DNA from: a virus
Lineage: Duplodnaviria > Caudoviricetes
DNA: 64,000 nucleotides
Strand: one strand, 5' to 3'
Virus record (IMG/VR): IMGVR_UViG_2630968332_000001
Coordinates: 1-64,000 of that record
The notes beneath the pieces are model-generated. The model ran no database searches. It saw nothing but the letters and a program-made list of their open reading frames with translations, and was not told the origin of the DNA. Both the position numbers and the translations under genes were made by a program. Every line of letters starts with the position of its first letter. The first letter of the stretch is position 1. Below, one piece after another: positions 18,929 to 29,812 of this stretch.

Positions 18929-19660
18929 ATGAATAAACTAAAAACCAAAGAATTACAAGAAACATTAACTAACTTGTTTAAGTTAGGAGTAGAAAAAACT
19001 AATAACAACTTAACGATTGTATTTGGTCAGACACAGACCTTGCTACTGGTTAGAAAGTTAGATGAGTTTTATGAAACGAACAACAACGGTTTTATTGAGT
19101 TTGCAGCAGTATTAGATGCAAACAACCAAGAAGAAGGATTGGTTTTGCTTAGGGACGCAGTTGGATTTAAGAATGAAATAAGTAAGATTGAAAGTGAAGA
19201 TGTAGAGTTTAAGCTAACTAATAACCAGTTAGTAGTCAACAATGGCACATACGTAACTAAATACAGTAGTTTAGATATGCGTTCAAGAAAAACCATGAAC
19301 TCTCAAACAATGGTTGCGATTGACCTTGACGGTAAAGAATTACAACAAGCGTATAAACAAGCGTTAAAACACGTATCACTAGATAAACGTAGTGTTGGAA
19401 TCCACCATGAGTTAAAGCAAGGACAATTAAATATCGGTGTGACGGATTGTACTTTATCCTTAGAAACAATCTCAAGTAATAGAGATGAATTAGAATTTTT
19501 AGTAACGTATGACATGGCAAAAACCTTGTCTGAAGTAAAAGCTGATAGCGTTAAAATTTGTGTTGAAGAAAATGATAATAACTGGTATATCAGATTTATT
19601 TTAGACGGTAGATACTTGCTTGAAAGTACAGTTAAGAAAGTTAAACGTGCAGAAGAATAA
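18929..19660 (+). CDS. Divergent sliding-clamp-like protein
   Basis: ELQQAYKQALKHVS...LNIGVTD resembles the clamp motifs of 12712. Confidence 0.45.
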   Translation: MNKLKTKELQETLTNLFKLGVEKTNNNLTIVFGQTQTLLLVRKLDEFYETNNNGFIEFAAVLDANNQEEGLVLLRDAVGFKNEISKIESEDVEFKLTNNQLVVNNGTYVTKYSSLDMRSRKTMNSQTMVAIDLDGKELQQAYKQALKHVSLDKRSVGIHHELKQGQLNIGVTDCTLSLETISSNRDELEFLVTYDMAKTLSEVKADSVKICVEENDNNWYIRFILDGRYLLESTVKKVKRAEE

Positions 19661-19722
19661 GATATAGTTTATTTTAATTATTTATATTATATCAAACTGT
19701 GTTATATGATATAATATATAGT

Positions 19723-20328
19723 ATGAAAGCAAATGAAGTAATGAAATTATTGCAAATTAGTCGTTCCACTTTATTAAGGTGGCGAAAAGATGGAATTTTA
19801 AAAGCTACTAAATTGCCTTCTGGGCAATATGATTGGGACGCTAATTCTGTTTTTAAAATATTAAATAAAGGTGAAGTTCGTGGTGTTTATTTATATGCTA
19901 GAGTGTCTACACCTAAACAAAAACAAGACCTTGAAAACCAAATTGAAAACCTGCAAAGTTTTGCGATGAAAAATGGTTATCAAGTTAAAGGTCTATACAA
20001 AGATATAGCTAGTGGAATTTCTTTTGAAAAAAGAAAGGAGTTTTTTGAATTATTAGATCTTGTAATTAGTGGTAAAGTATTAAAGATTATTATCACCTAC
20101 AAGGATAGATTAAGTCGTGTTGGTTTCGATCTGTTTAAATACTTATTTTCCAAGTATCATACCGAGATAATTGTGATGTCAGAATTAACCGATAAAAAGA
20201 CAGACCAACAAGAAATATTTGAAGAAATCATTAGCTTGTTGCACGCATTTTCAATGAGAATGTACTCGAGTAGAAGAAAGAAAATTAAAGAAGCTTTGGA
20301 AGATAAGGAGGTGAATAAGGATGGTTAA
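19723..20328 (+). CDS. tnpA: IS607 serine recombinase transposase
   Basis: MerR-like HTH, YARVST, DIASG, YKDRLSRVGF. Confidence 0.95.
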   Translation: MKANEVMKLLQISRSTLLRWRKDGILKATKLPSGQYDWDANSVFKILNKGEVRGVYLYARVSTPKQKQDLENQIENLQSFAMKNGYQVKGLYKDIASGISFEKRKEFFELLDLVISGKVLKIIITYKDRLSRVGFDLFKYLFSKYHTEIIVMSELTDKKTDQQEIFEEIISLLHAFSMRMYSSRRKKIKEALEDKEVNKDG

Positions 20329-21664
20329 ACAGCAAAAATCAAAGAAGAAAGTCATAAAAACTTTTAAAGAAGTAAGAGCAGAGAAAACGGAAGTTCAATA
20401 TGAGTATTTGGTGGAAAAGCATATTATTAAATCTAATGATGCACGTTATGCTATTTTAGATAAATACGCTCATCTATCCAATAATGTCTACAACCAAGCT
20501 CTATATCGTTTTAGACAGGCTTTCTTTAAGGGTAAGTGGCTGAGTTACGAAAAACTAGACAAATCATTTAAACAATCTTTTAATCAAAAGGACTGTATGC
20601 TGTATCGTTCTATGAAAAGTGTACATTTAGCTCAACAAATTTTAAAGTTAGTCAATCAAAATATGACTTCTTGGAATAAAGCTCGTAAAGCATATTTAAA
20701 GGCACCGCAAAAGTTCACTGGCAAGCCTAAAATACCCAAATATAAACCCAAAGGCGGTAAAAATATTGTTATCGTAGATAACCAAACTGCTAAATTAAGA
20801 GCTAATGGAATTGTAGAAATACCAGTGATGGATAGCTTGAAAATTAAGTTACAACACAAAAAAACTAATAAAATTCAACAAGTTAGAATAATCCCTAGAA
20901 ATAATACTTTTGTAATTGAAATAGTTTATAAAACTAATAAGGTTATTGACTACAAAGAAGATAATGGACGCTATTTAACGATTGACCCAGGACTTGATAA
21001 TGCCTTTACGTTGGCATCTAATGTTAAAGGATTCAAACCTGTCATTATTAATGGACGTCCTTTAAAGTCAGTCAATCAATACTATAACAAGCAAAAAGCT
21101 AGATTAACTAGAATTTATGACTTGTCAAAACAAAATCGTAATACTAAGCGTTTAAATAAACTTGATTTTTATCGTAATCAAAAAATGTTAAAATTCGCTC
21201 ATGAAGCAAGTAAACGCATTGTTGAGATAGCGTTAAGCCATGAGTTAAACACGATTGTTATTGGTAAAAATAAAGGGCAAAAACGTTCTAGTAATATGGG
21301 AAAACGAATAAACCAAAACTTTATTGGTATTCCACATCAAAAAATGCTTGAGATGATTGAATATAAAGCTAATTTAGCAGAGATAGTTGTAATTCAAGCT
21401 AACGAAGCTTATACAAGTCAAACTTCATTTTTAGATAATGAAATACCAATTAAACAAAATGGCGATAAAGCTCGTAAACGTAAAGGGTTAAGTCCTGTCA
21501 AAAGACGCGTTAAACGTGGTTTATTTAAATCAAATAAAGGTATCTTAATTAACGCTGATGTTAATGGAGCGTTACAGATATTAAGAAAAGTAGTACCGAA
21601 TGCTTTTGCTGACGGTATAGATGGAATCGGATTAGTTCCAGTTAAGCTAAACTTAAATTTCTAA
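20321..21664 (+). CDS. tnpB: TnpB RNA-guided nuclease (IS607 type, rearranged RuvC-II)
   Basis: IDPGLDN, IVIGKN with alternative Glu in NEAYTS, NADVNGA; no zinc-finger Cys. Confidence 0.93.
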   Translation: MVKQQKSKKKVIKTFKEVRAEKTEVQYEYLVEKHIIKSNDARYAILDKYAHLSNNVYNQALYRFRQAFFKGKWLSYEKLDKSFKQSFNQKDCMLYRSMKSVHLAQQILKLVNQNMTSWNKARKAYLKAPQKFTGKPKIPKYKPKGGKNIVIVDNQTAKLRANGIVEIPVMDSLKIKLQHKKTNKIQQVRIIPRNNTFVIEIVYKTNKVIDYKEDNGRYLTIDPGLDNAFTLASNVKGFKPVIINGRPLKSVNQYYNKQKARLTRIYDLSKQNRNTKRLNKLDFYRNQKMLKFAHEASKRIVEIALSHELNTIVIGKNKGQKRSSNMGKRINQNFIGIPHQKMLEMIEYKANLAEIVVIQANEAYTSQTSFLDNEIPIKQNGDKARKRKGLSPVKRRVKRGLFKSNKGILINADVNGALQILRKVVPNAFADGIDGIGLVPVKLNLNF

Positions 21665-22076
21665 TTTAGGAGGCTTACGAACAATTTTCGAAACAAAACA
21701 CGACTGCCAAACGAGTTGTAAAGTTGTCCACGAGAGCTTTTGGATTAATTCTAAAAGTTTGTAGACTGGTTGACTCTATTAGGTTGAGTGCAGTGTCTTT
21801 TTAATTAGTATCATTTGATATGATTTGTTTAAAAAGACTAGAAAATTATTAATCTAGTAACTGAAAAGACAAGAGGAGCGATGATTAAGTTCATCGCTTT
21901 TTAAGTACAAAATTTAAGAAAAGTAGTGGGAAGTCGCAAGTGTCAACAGAAGAGGCAAAGCAAGAGTGTAAGGTGAAATAACTAAAATAACGTTATTTTT
22001 ATTATTGACAATCGTATTGATTATGATATAATTCAGTTGTAAAGTTAAAAGTCAAAAGAATAAGGGGCGATACAAT

Positions 22077-22328
22077 ATGAAAAAGAATTTAATCACAGTA
22101 ATCTCAAGTCAAGGTGAAAACAATGAAGTGAGATTGCATATCAATTACGAAAACAATGTGTACTATAAAGGTACTCCAGCAACAGATGATGATATTTATG
22201 TTAACTTTCATGAATATCCAGCTGTTAATGTAATGAATGAAGATGAGTTAAATAATCAAGTAAGTGAATTGAACGCTAATGGTTTTAGAAGTGTTAGCAA
22301 AGCAGACTATCAAAGATTAATGAACTAG
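22077..22328 (+). CDS. Hypothetical protein
   Basis: TTGACA/TATAAT promoter near 22006-22033; RBS. Confidence 0.75.
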   Translation: MKKNLITVISSQGENNEVRLHINYENNVYYKGTPATDDDIYVNFHEYPAVNVMNEDELNNQVSELNANGFRSVSKADYQRLMN

Positions 22329-22381
22329 AAGATAAAAACAAAATAACAATAAAGATTAAGAATTAAAGGGTGGTAATTATT

Positions 22382-23398
22382 ATGGAAATTAGAGATGTAT
22401 ACACAAGTTGGTTAGAAAGCAAATCAGAAAATACAAGAACAAAATATCAAGCAAAGGTAGATAACTTTTCTGAAATGGTCTTTGGTAAAGAGGCTTGGGA
22501 ACTAACAGAAGAAGATTTGGTTAACTTAACATATCATGATGTTTATGGTAAATATATCAAAACATTCTTAACAGGTAGCAAGAAAGCTAAAGAAACTACG
22601 ATTGTTAACTACTTACGTTCTATTAAGTCATATTTTGGTGCTATCAGACGTGCAGATATTTATCCTAACGTTAACTTCGACCATCTGGTTAATGATGTTT
22701 TATATACAAAAGATTTATCTGCTAAAGATGGTGGACATAACGAACAAATTTCCAAATCAGAAGTTAAGGAAATGGAAAGTTGGTTGATTGATAACAAGCC
22801 AAATGGATATAAATATGCTACATTGATTGATTTCATGTTTCATACAGCAGTTCGTGTTTCAGCTGCATTCACTATTCGTTGGAGTGACTTTACAGTTTAT
22901 GAAAGTCCTTATGGTGGTACATTTGCTAAATTAAAAGTAATTGATAAGGGACGTAAATTAAACGATAAGGATATTCCAGTAAAACACTTTAACAACTTAA
23001 AGGAAACTATGGGTTATGATGGACATGATAACGAGTTAGTGTTTAAGGGTATGAAACAAACAACCTTGCGTAATTATATGAGGGAATTTAGCGACCTTCG
23101 TGGACGTAACTGGACACCACATTCATTAAAGGTTGGTGCTGCTACTACATTTTATAGCATTACTAAAGATATTGTTGCTACATCAAGACTACTAGACCAT
23201 GAAAGTTTAGATACAACAATGACTTATATTAGGAACAATCCTAACCCAAATGATAGTGGTACAACAATTTTGTATAGTTCAGATACACACGTTGATTTTA
23301 GTAAATTAAAGAAGGAACAATTATTGATGTTGATTAATAATAGACCAGAAGTTGCTGATATGTTATCACGTGACGCAGCTCGCATGGGGGTTAATTGA
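22382..23398 (+). CDS. Tyrosine recombinase family protein
   Basis: TAVRVS, KGRK, HSLK (R to K), LDHES, TMTY. Confidence 0.88.
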   Translation: MEIRDVYTSWLESKSENTRTKYQAKVDNFSEMVFGKEAWELTEEDLVNLTYHDVYGKYIKTFLTGSKKAKETTIVNYLRSIKSYFGAIRRADIYPNVNFDHLVNDVLYTKDLSAKDGGHNEQISKSEVKEMESWLIDNKPNGYKYATLIDFMFHTAVRVSAAFTIRWSDFTVYESPYGGTFAKLKVIDKGRKLNDKDIPVKHFNNLKETMGYDGHDNELVFKGMKQTTLRNYMREFSDLRGRNWTPHSLKVGAATTFYSITKDIVATSRLLDHESLDTTMTYIRNNPNPNDSGTTILYSSDTHVDFSKLKKEQLLMLINNRPEVADMLSRDAARMGVN

Positions 23399-23474
23399 TT
23401 TATACTCTAGACTCTTAATTGGAGTTAGCACCTAGACCTGTAACATAAGTCTTTGGTATAATTGATAGGGACAG

Positions 23475-24821
23475 GTGATGAAAATGGAGAGAACTTTTAA
23501 TGAAATTAATGTAAAGATGGTGACGCATGAAGAGTATGAAAAACTCATGCGTCTTTGTCATAATCTAACTTATGAAGCAAGAAAAAGAGACGATATTGAA
23601 TATCTAAATCAAATGTTAGATGAATATTACGCTATTCGTGACTACTTTTATAGTCTACATTCTGACGAATATTGGTATAAAAGATTGGACGGAATGTCAG
23701 ATGATGAGTTTTTAAAAGAGGGAATTAAAATTGTACATTTCCCCAATTACCAAAATATTCCTAGTAAAATGGTACTTGGGAGGGTTGTGCGTAATATAAA
23801 ACTCATAGACTATACAGTATATGCGGGCTACAATCTAGCATTTAAAAATTCGTGTGTTTTAAGAGCTAATGACCTAAACATAAAAAAGAAGAAGATAGCT
23901 GATAAAATGTCTTGGATAGGGGAGGTGGAAGAAAAAGAAGGCAAACCTTTATCCAAAATACCAGTAGAAGATTTTTGCAAATATTTTTACTCAGAAAAAA
24001 TAGCAACAGCCGGATTCCAAAGAAGCGAGTTTTTGTGGTGTGTTAAAGGGTTATTGAAACACGATGGCATGACAGAAACAGAAATAGAAGAATACACAGA
24101 TACTTATATAAAGCATGTTGTAAAAGAAGTGGCAGAACGTTCTAATGCCGAGCTTGAAAGCAGTCAAACTTTATATGGTGAAATAAACAAAGTATTAGGG
24201 ACAGTATATAGCAGAGGCAAAAGTTTTAAATATAGGTTTACTAATGCAAGAGACCAAGTTATTATCTGCCTTGTATTGTTAGGTGTAACAATAGATGAGT
24301 TTCAATACCTGGACGAGAAAGATTTCAATTCAAAAGACTTTAAGGACAATGGTGTCCTAACAATTAGAAATCCTAAAATGGGAACTAGAACTATAGAAAT
24401 ACCGTTGAGTTTAAAGTTGAAAATGAACGAGTACTTAGGTATGGTGCATACGAAATCTTCTGATGGTTCTTTGATAGTCGGTGTGAGAGCAGTAAATGAT
24501 GAGTATGTACGAATCACAGAAAGACAAGTGCGTGTTGCTGTGATGAAATATGATGATAAGATGAAAAAAGCTACCGACCTAACGCAAATAGGCAGAATGT
24601 TAAACTTTATGGACGTAGTTCGTGAGTATGAAGAGGAACATGGTGAAAAACCAAAAGGTGATTATTTTGAAGATAAAGAGAATTTAGATTTAATAACAAA
24701 TAATATGAGACGGTATGGTATGCTCCATGCAGATGGTTTCATTACTGTTGACGACATGAAATTTATACAATTACAGTACCATAAGTTTTATGCAAACTAT
24801 CTTGGAACTAGGGTTCAATAA
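23475..24821 (+). CDS. Degenerate tyrosine-recombinase-fold protein, SPbeta YopR-like repressor candidate
   Basis: NARDQVIICLVLLGVT...RTIEIP; catalytic R, HxxR not seen. Confidence 0.55.
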   Translation: MMKMERTFNEINVKMVTHEEYEKLMRLCHNLTYEARKRDDIEYLNQMLDEYYAIRDYFYSLHSDEYWYKRLDGMSDDEFLKEGIKIVHFPNYQNIPSKMVLGRVVRNIKLIDYTVYAGYNLAFKNSCVLRANDLNIKKKKIADKMSWIGEVEEKEGKPLSKIPVEDFCKYFYSEKIATAGFQRSEFLWCVKGLLKHDGMTETEIEEYTDTYIKHVVKEVAERSNAELESSQTLYGEINKVLGTVYSRGKSFKYRFTNARDQVIICLVLLGVTIDEFQYLDEKDFNSKDFKDNGVLTIRNPKMGTRTIEIPLSLKLKMNEYLGMVHTKSSDGSLIVGVRAVNDEYVRITERQVRVAVMKYDDKMKKATDLTQIGRMLNFMDVVREYEEEHGEKPKGDYFEDKENLDLITNNMRRYGMLHADGFITVDDMKFIQLQYHKFYANYLGTRVQ

Positions 24822-24851
24822 ACGGGTGAGAAATTACCCGTTTATTTTTTT
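24820..24851 (+). terminator. Intrinsic terminator
   Basis: aaacgggt-gagaaatt-acccgttt plus U tract. Confidence 0.8.
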
Positions 24852-24940
24852 GTTTATAATTATTGACTCAACATTATTATATGTTATAATAAAATAGTTG
24901 AGTTAAGAGTTTAGAGAATAAATGATTAACTTGCAAGAAT

Positions 24941-25606
24941 TTGATAAAGGAGGTTAGATTTATCAATTTCGGAATTATGGCTTCCAGTGGTGGAAGTGGT
25001 AAAGATACAGTAGCAGATATGTTGTTGGCTCACCTAGCAAGCTATGATAGACATTCTAAGAAATACGCATTAGCAGATGGTATTTATGATGTTTGTTATT
25101 CAATTCTAGGTAATGAAGACGACATTAAGCGTAGTCATCTACAAGGTGTAGGCGAGTCATTAAGAAATGTCTTTGGCAAAGATGTTTGGATTAACGATAC
25201 AGACAAGAGAATTAAATCAGACCAACAATTCCTTGATGATGTTATCGTAACAGATATTCGTAAGCTAAGAGAGTTCTCACATTACTTTGTAGATAAAGGT
25301 TTTGTTCCACTATATATCAAGGTTGACAAGAATATTGCCTTAGCACGTTTAAGGGAACGTGATGGTTATGTTCAAACAGAAAACTTTGGTAACAAAATCG
25401 AAAAGGAACTTAACTTTATTGAAAGTTTACCTACTATCAAGACTAACATACCAAATGTTAGCAAGGTAAATGTTCCAAACAATTCAGTGCTTAACAGTAT
25501 TTATATCATTGACAATAACAGTGATGTAGATGAGTTGAGAGTTACAATTTCAGCGTTAGTTGATAATTTAGCACAAGAAGAAGGGTGGAATAAGTTGGAA
25601 TGGTAG
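24941..25606 (+). CDS. Deoxynucleoside monophosphate kinase (P-loop)
   Basis: GGSGKDTVA, LQGVGESLR, VTDIR; probable ATC start at 24962. Confidence 0.8.
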   Translation: MIKEVRFINFGIMASSGGSGKDTVADMLLAHLASYDRHSKKYALADGIYDVCYSILGNEDDIKRSHLQGVGESLRNVFGKDVWINDTDKRIKSDQQFLDDVIVTDIRKLREFSHYFVDKGFVPLYIKVDKNIALARLRERDGYVQTENFGNKIEKELNFIESLPTIKTNIPNVSKVNVPNNSVLNSIYIIDNNSDVDELRVTISALVDNLAQEEGWNKLEW

Positions 25607-26286
25607 AAGGTAAAAATTACACACATATTCTCAATATCAAGGTTGGTATGAATATTGACGAAGCAATTAGTCCAGAAAATATTCATGGGGTAATGTATAT
25701 GCTTGGTGTAAACAACCCAGATGATGTTGAGAAAGTATTTCTACAACACAAGTATGATGAAATACAAACTACATTAGGTGCATTACATTTTGACGTGTTG
25801 CAAGGTGAAGTAGAACCTTTAAATCAAGGTCAAGCTGTTGATACTAAACCAGAAACAACACAAGAAATGGAACAAGTTGAACCAGAAGAATTACCAGAAG
25901 AAAATGGTGAAATCGCTGGTGCAACAGCCACACATATCGAACCTAATGAAAACATGGAAGATGATGGAATGTTCATGACAGAACCTCCAGAAAACTTACA
26001 TGATGACGACAAAATCGTACAAGATATGACAGATGAAGAACAAGAGTTAATCGGTGATTACTTTGGTTACTTACAAGACCACGAAGCAGATGATGTGGTA
26101 ACTTTTGTCATTAATAAATCTTACAAAGATAAGATTAACGAAGATGTTGTCAAAGCATTTGTCAGTGGCTTAACTGTAGTACCTTTTATACACGAAAATT
26201 TAGGTGAACATGTATTAGCTGGCATTAAATACCTAAACAAAGAAACAAATAAGGTCGAAACAATTAAGTACGACACACTACTGTAG
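25600..26286 (+). CDS. Acidic hypothetical protein
   Basis: ORF in replication operon. Confidence 0.75.
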   Translation: MVEGKNYTHILNIKVGMNIDEAISPENIHGVMYMLGVNNPDDVEKVFLQHKYDEIQTTLGALHFDVLQGEVEPLNQGQAVDTKPETTQEMEQVEPEELPEENGEIAGATATHIEPNENMEDDGMFMTEPPENLHDDDKIVQDMTDEEQELIGDYFGYLQDHEADDVVTFVINKSYKDKINEDVVKAFVSGLTVVPFIHENLGEHVLAGIKYLNKETNKVETIKYDTLL

Positions 26287-26312
26287 AAAACAATAAGGAG
26301 GGATTGCCTTAG

Positions 26313-27467
26313 TTGGCAGAATTAGAAAAAGAATTGAAAAGAGGTCAAGCACGTTTTGAAGTGTTTGGCGAATTAAGAGTAAATGAAGACTCATGGGGTG
26401 AAGTTAGACAATCAACTTCATCAACATATAAATATCGTAGAGCTGCTTTGTCCGTAGACTTAGGAGAAGGACGCTCAACTTTCGTAGAATTGATGGGTGG
26501 GTATGACCCTAACCGTCCTATCTTACGTAGACTTTCTAAAACACAAGGCGAAGGCTTAATGGATATTCCCTGGGCTAACCGCCTTAACGAAAACATTGTA
26601 GCTAACGTTTCACCACAAAGTTTGATTTCAGTAGGTAAATTAGACGAAAATGGTAACATCGCTCGCAAAGTTTTTGTATCTGAATTAGACGCTATCGAAG
26701 AAATGGAAAAGACCTTTAAGAATGGTGACTCAGTTCACATTTGGGGTGATGTTGAATATCATCGCTACAACGGTCAAATCCAAAGACGCCTAAGCATTCG
26801 TGGTATCTCTCAAATCGTACCAGACAGTTCATCAGCTGGTCGCCACGAAGCAACACTTAGACAATCATTCTTATTCTCTAAGAACTCAATTTCCCCAGAT
26901 TATGAAGATGAATTAGAAGAAAAAGGCAAGACAACTATTACAGTACACGTACCACAATATGTTGGTAAAGAAGAAGGTGTAGAAGTACGTAAAGTCTTAC
27001 CATTCCCACAAACATTAGTATATAAAGCTAATAATGAAGATGAAATCAAGCGTGCAAAATTTGTTATTGAAAAATTCATGACAGTTGAAGATGACGATTT
27101 AGTACGTGAAGTTGTCTTAGTCGTTGATATGTATGACGGTGTTGAAACATCTACTGGCGACTTTGAATTAACAGATGATTTAAAAGACTTATTAGATTTA
27201 GGTGTGGTTACAGAAGATGAATTGAAACGTACATCAACTGTAAGTGGCAAGCGTATTCGTGAAAACATTGTGTTAAAACCATACGTATACAAAGACCCAC
27301 GCACACAACAAATTACAGTAATGTCTAAAGACCGTTACGACATTTCGGTTTTAGATACATCTGTTAAGGAAGAAGAACCAGAAGAGGCTTCAATCGCAGA
27401 TATGTTTGGTGAAAGTGATGTTGACACACCAAGCGAAAGTGAATTAGATGAATTAGATTTATTCTAA
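26313..27467 (+). CDS. Putative ssDNA-binding protein (SPbeta YorF-like)
   Basis: OB-like beta pattern, acidic tail ending DLF, position before AAA ATPase. Confidence 0.6.
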   Translation: MAELEKELKRGQARFEVFGELRVNEDSWGEVRQSTSSTYKYRRAALSVDLGEGRSTFVELMGGYDPNRPILRRLSKTQGEGLMDIPWANRLNENIVANVSPQSLISVGKLDENGNIARKVFVSELDAIEEMEKTFKNGDSVHIWGDVEYHRYNGQIQRRLSIRGISQIVPDSSSAGRHEATLRQSFLFSKNSISPDYEDELEEKGKTTITVHVPQYVGKEEGVEVRKVLPFPQTLVYKANNEDEIKRAKFVIEKFMTVEDDDLVREVVLVVDMYDGVETSTGDFELTDDLKDLLDLGVVTEDELKRTSTVSGKRIRENIVLKPYVYKDPRTQQITVMSKDRYDISVLDTSVKEEEPEEASIADMFGESDVDTPSESELDELDLF

Positions 27468-27513
27468 TCAAAATTGCATATAACAAATAAATAATAAGGA
27501 GAGAGCTCGTCTA

Positions 27514-28491
27514 ATAGCATTAAAATTTAGAAAACCAGAAAAGAAGAAAAAAGGTGCAACATTCTTAGTTTACGGAGAAAGTGGTTCTGGCAAGACATTG
27601 TTTGCTTTAGGTTTCCCTAAGTCAGCATACATTGACGCAGAAAACGGTACTACTTTCTATGAAGGTACTGATAAAGCAGAACAAGTAGTAGGTTTCTTAG
27701 AAACACAATCATTCCAAGATATTACACAACAAACAAAAGAGTTGGTTAAGTTAATGAAGAAAGGTGATAAGACCTTTGAAACATTGGTAATTGACTCTGA
27801 AACAAAAATCTACGAAAACTTACAAGAAGCATTGTTAACAGTTGATGAAAAGCGTGCTAGAGAAAAAGGTCAAGATGCATTAGACGCAAACATTTCTATG
27901 CGTTCTTGGGGTAAGATTAAACAAAAGGCACGTTCAATGCAAAACTTGAAGTTACAATTAGCTTCTACTGGTATGAACGTTGTTTCTATTGCACAACCTA
28001 AAGACACAATGGAAGATTTGGGTAATGGCAAGCGTATCAAGGTTGGTATTGAACCAGATATGAAGAAACAAGCTAAATTTGATTATGATGTAGTGTTACG
28101 TTTCTATACGGAAGATGGCAAGTATTATGCACAAGTTGAAAAAGACCGTACAGAAGCACATTTACGAGATGAAATCATCGAAAACCCTAGCTTTGAAGAT
28201 TGGGCAGAAGTAATTGCAGACCGTAAAGATTTAAAGGCGGTTGACGTTGATTACAATGTTGATACAGAAAAAGCTAAGGCAAGTTATGAAAAAGAATTAG
28301 ATAACGAAGACTTGGATAGCTTACCAAAGACAGAACAAATCAAGGTTATGTGGGGTGAGTTATCACAAGATGACAAGAAAGAGTTCGCTGGACGAATTAA
28401 AACAGAAATTGGCATTACAGGCACATTAAGTAAAGCTAGTGACGACCAATTAACACAAGCATTAGAACTCCTAAAGACTGATTTTGCTTAA
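27514..28491 (+). CDS. AAA/Sak4-like ATPase (YorG-like)
   Basis: Walker A YGESGSGKT lies upstream of the ORF-track start; Walker B LVIDS; in-frame ATA start at 27514 after AAGGAG. Confidence 0.8.
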   Translation: MALKFRKPEKKKKGATFLVYGESGSGKTLFALGFPKSAYIDAENGTTFYEGTDKAEQVVGFLETQSFQDITQQTKELVKLMKKGDKTFETLVIDSETKIYENLQEALLTVDEKRAREKGQDALDANISMRSWGKIKQKARSMQNLKLQLASTGMNVVSIAQPKDTMEDLGNGKRIKVGIEPDMKKQAKFDYDVVLRFYTEDGKYYAQVEKDRTEAHLRDEIIENPSFEDWAEVIADRKDLKAVDVDYNVDTEKAKASYEKELDNEDLDSLPKTEQIKVMWGELSQDDKKEFAGRIKTEIGITGTLSKASDDQLTQALELLKTDFA

Positions 28492-28497
28492 TAAAAA

Positions 28498-28526
28498 GGA
28501 ACTCACTTCGATAGTGGGTTCTTTTC
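28498..28526 (+). terminator. Intrinsic terminator
   Basis: ggaactcac-ttcgata-gtgggttct plus Us. Confidence 0.7.
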
Positions 28527-28694
28527 ATATTAATAGATAAGGTGGTTTTATGAAAGATTTCAAGAAGATATAAGAATAGCAAAGGCGAAACAGTTACTGT
28601 AAGTGACGAACACCTTGCTGCTGCGATTAAAATCAAGGAAGAACTACAAAAAGCCAGTCCTGGTAGACGTACAAATTGGAAAGAACACAAAAAG

Positions 28695-29801
28695 TTGATG
28701 ATAAAATCAGGATTTTATGATAGCGACTCAAACGAAAGCTATCGCTGTTTAATCAAAGCTGTACAAAAAGAACAAGGTAGTTTACCAAGTGTAGAGAAAC
28801 ACGCTGATATGTTGTCTAGCAATAAGTTACAGGGCTTAAAAGAGAAAATAGGCGAACTACATTACGCTAAGTTTGCTGAACAACAAGAACGTAGAGAACT
28901 AAACAAGGTTAAACGTGATATGTCTAAGGGTGCTTTAGTGGCAGATAGTATCAGTAATTTAGTTGCTGATATGAATTTCGCTGAATTACCTAAGAGCAAG
29001 ATTTACAAAAATCAAGTTAAATCACCTAGTTCATTAATCATCTGCTTATCTGATATTCATTATGGGGCTGATTTTTCAATTCCACAAAATGAATACAACC
29101 CAGAAATGTCTGCTAGATTACTAGATGAATACGCTGGGAAATTAATTAGCTTCATTAAAATGCGTAAAGATATTATCCACGTACATGTGGTTAATTTAGG
29201 TGACTCCATTGAACATGCTCAAATGCGTCAACAAAATACATTTGAAGTACGTAAGACTGTATCAGAACAAGTCACAGAAATTGCTAGGTTGATTTGGAAA
29301 TTCCTAGCACGATTAAGTGAAGTGGCATATGTAACCTATGAAGGTATTGCTGGTAATCATGACCGTTTGAATGGTAACTACAAAAATGCTTTAACTGGTG
29401 ATACAGCCTCCACATTAATCAATCAAATTATTCGTAGCTTAGCAGAAGTTACTGATGGACGTGTGGAATATGTTGAGGCTAAAGATTACTACTTTACTGA
29501 TATTGACTTGATGGGACATAGCTTTGCCTTTGTACATGGTGACAAACATAAGGTGGATAGCAATAACAGTGTGTTATCTAAGTTAGGTGACATTCATAAC
29601 AAACATTATGACGCTGTAATTGCGGGACATATCCACCATTATAAGATGACAGAAGTTGGGGAAAATCGTTTCCAAGTTAACTTTGGCTCATTCAAAGGTA
29701 TTGACCCTTATGCAGTACAACAAGGTTTTGCATCCAGTCGGTCACAAGGCATAATTGTAGTAAACAAAAAAGGTTACGAAATCAGACGTGTAACTCTTTA
29801 G
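28695..29801 (+). CDS. Calcineurin-like metallophosphoesterase/nuclease
   Basis: SDIHYG, LGD, GNHD, HGD, GHIH; frame is open back to ~28554. Confidence 0.88.
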   Translation: MMIKSGFYDSDSNESYRCLIKAVQKEQGSLPSVEKHADMLSSNKLQGLKEKIGELHYAKFAEQQERRELNKVKRDMSKGALVADSISNLVADMNFAELPKSKIYKNQVKSPSSLIICLSDIHYGADFSIPQNEYNPEMSARLLDEYAGKLISFIKMRKDIIHVHVVNLGDSIEHAQMRQQNTFEVRKTVSEQVTEIARLIWKFLARLSEVAYVTYEGIAGNHDRLNGNYKNALTGDTASTLINQIIRSLAEVTDGRVEYVEAKDYYFTDIDLMGHSFAFVHGDKHKVDSNNSVLSKLGDIHNKHYDAVIAGHIHHYKMTEVGENRFQVNFGSFKGIDPYAVQQGFASSRSQGIIVVNKKGYEIRRVTL

Positions 29802-29812
29802 GTAGGTGGATT

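Larger units (their letters stand above)
19661..21830 (+). mobile_element. IS607-family insertion sequence (ends approximate)
   Basis: Serine-recombinase tnpA overlapping tnpB, followed by structured noncoding 3' region. Confidence 0.85.

Noticed and set aside
20321-21664. IS607 TnpB as a nuclease-dead variant
   Set aside because: Gly at the usual RuvC-II Glu is a known rearrangement with an alternative Glu (NEAYTS)
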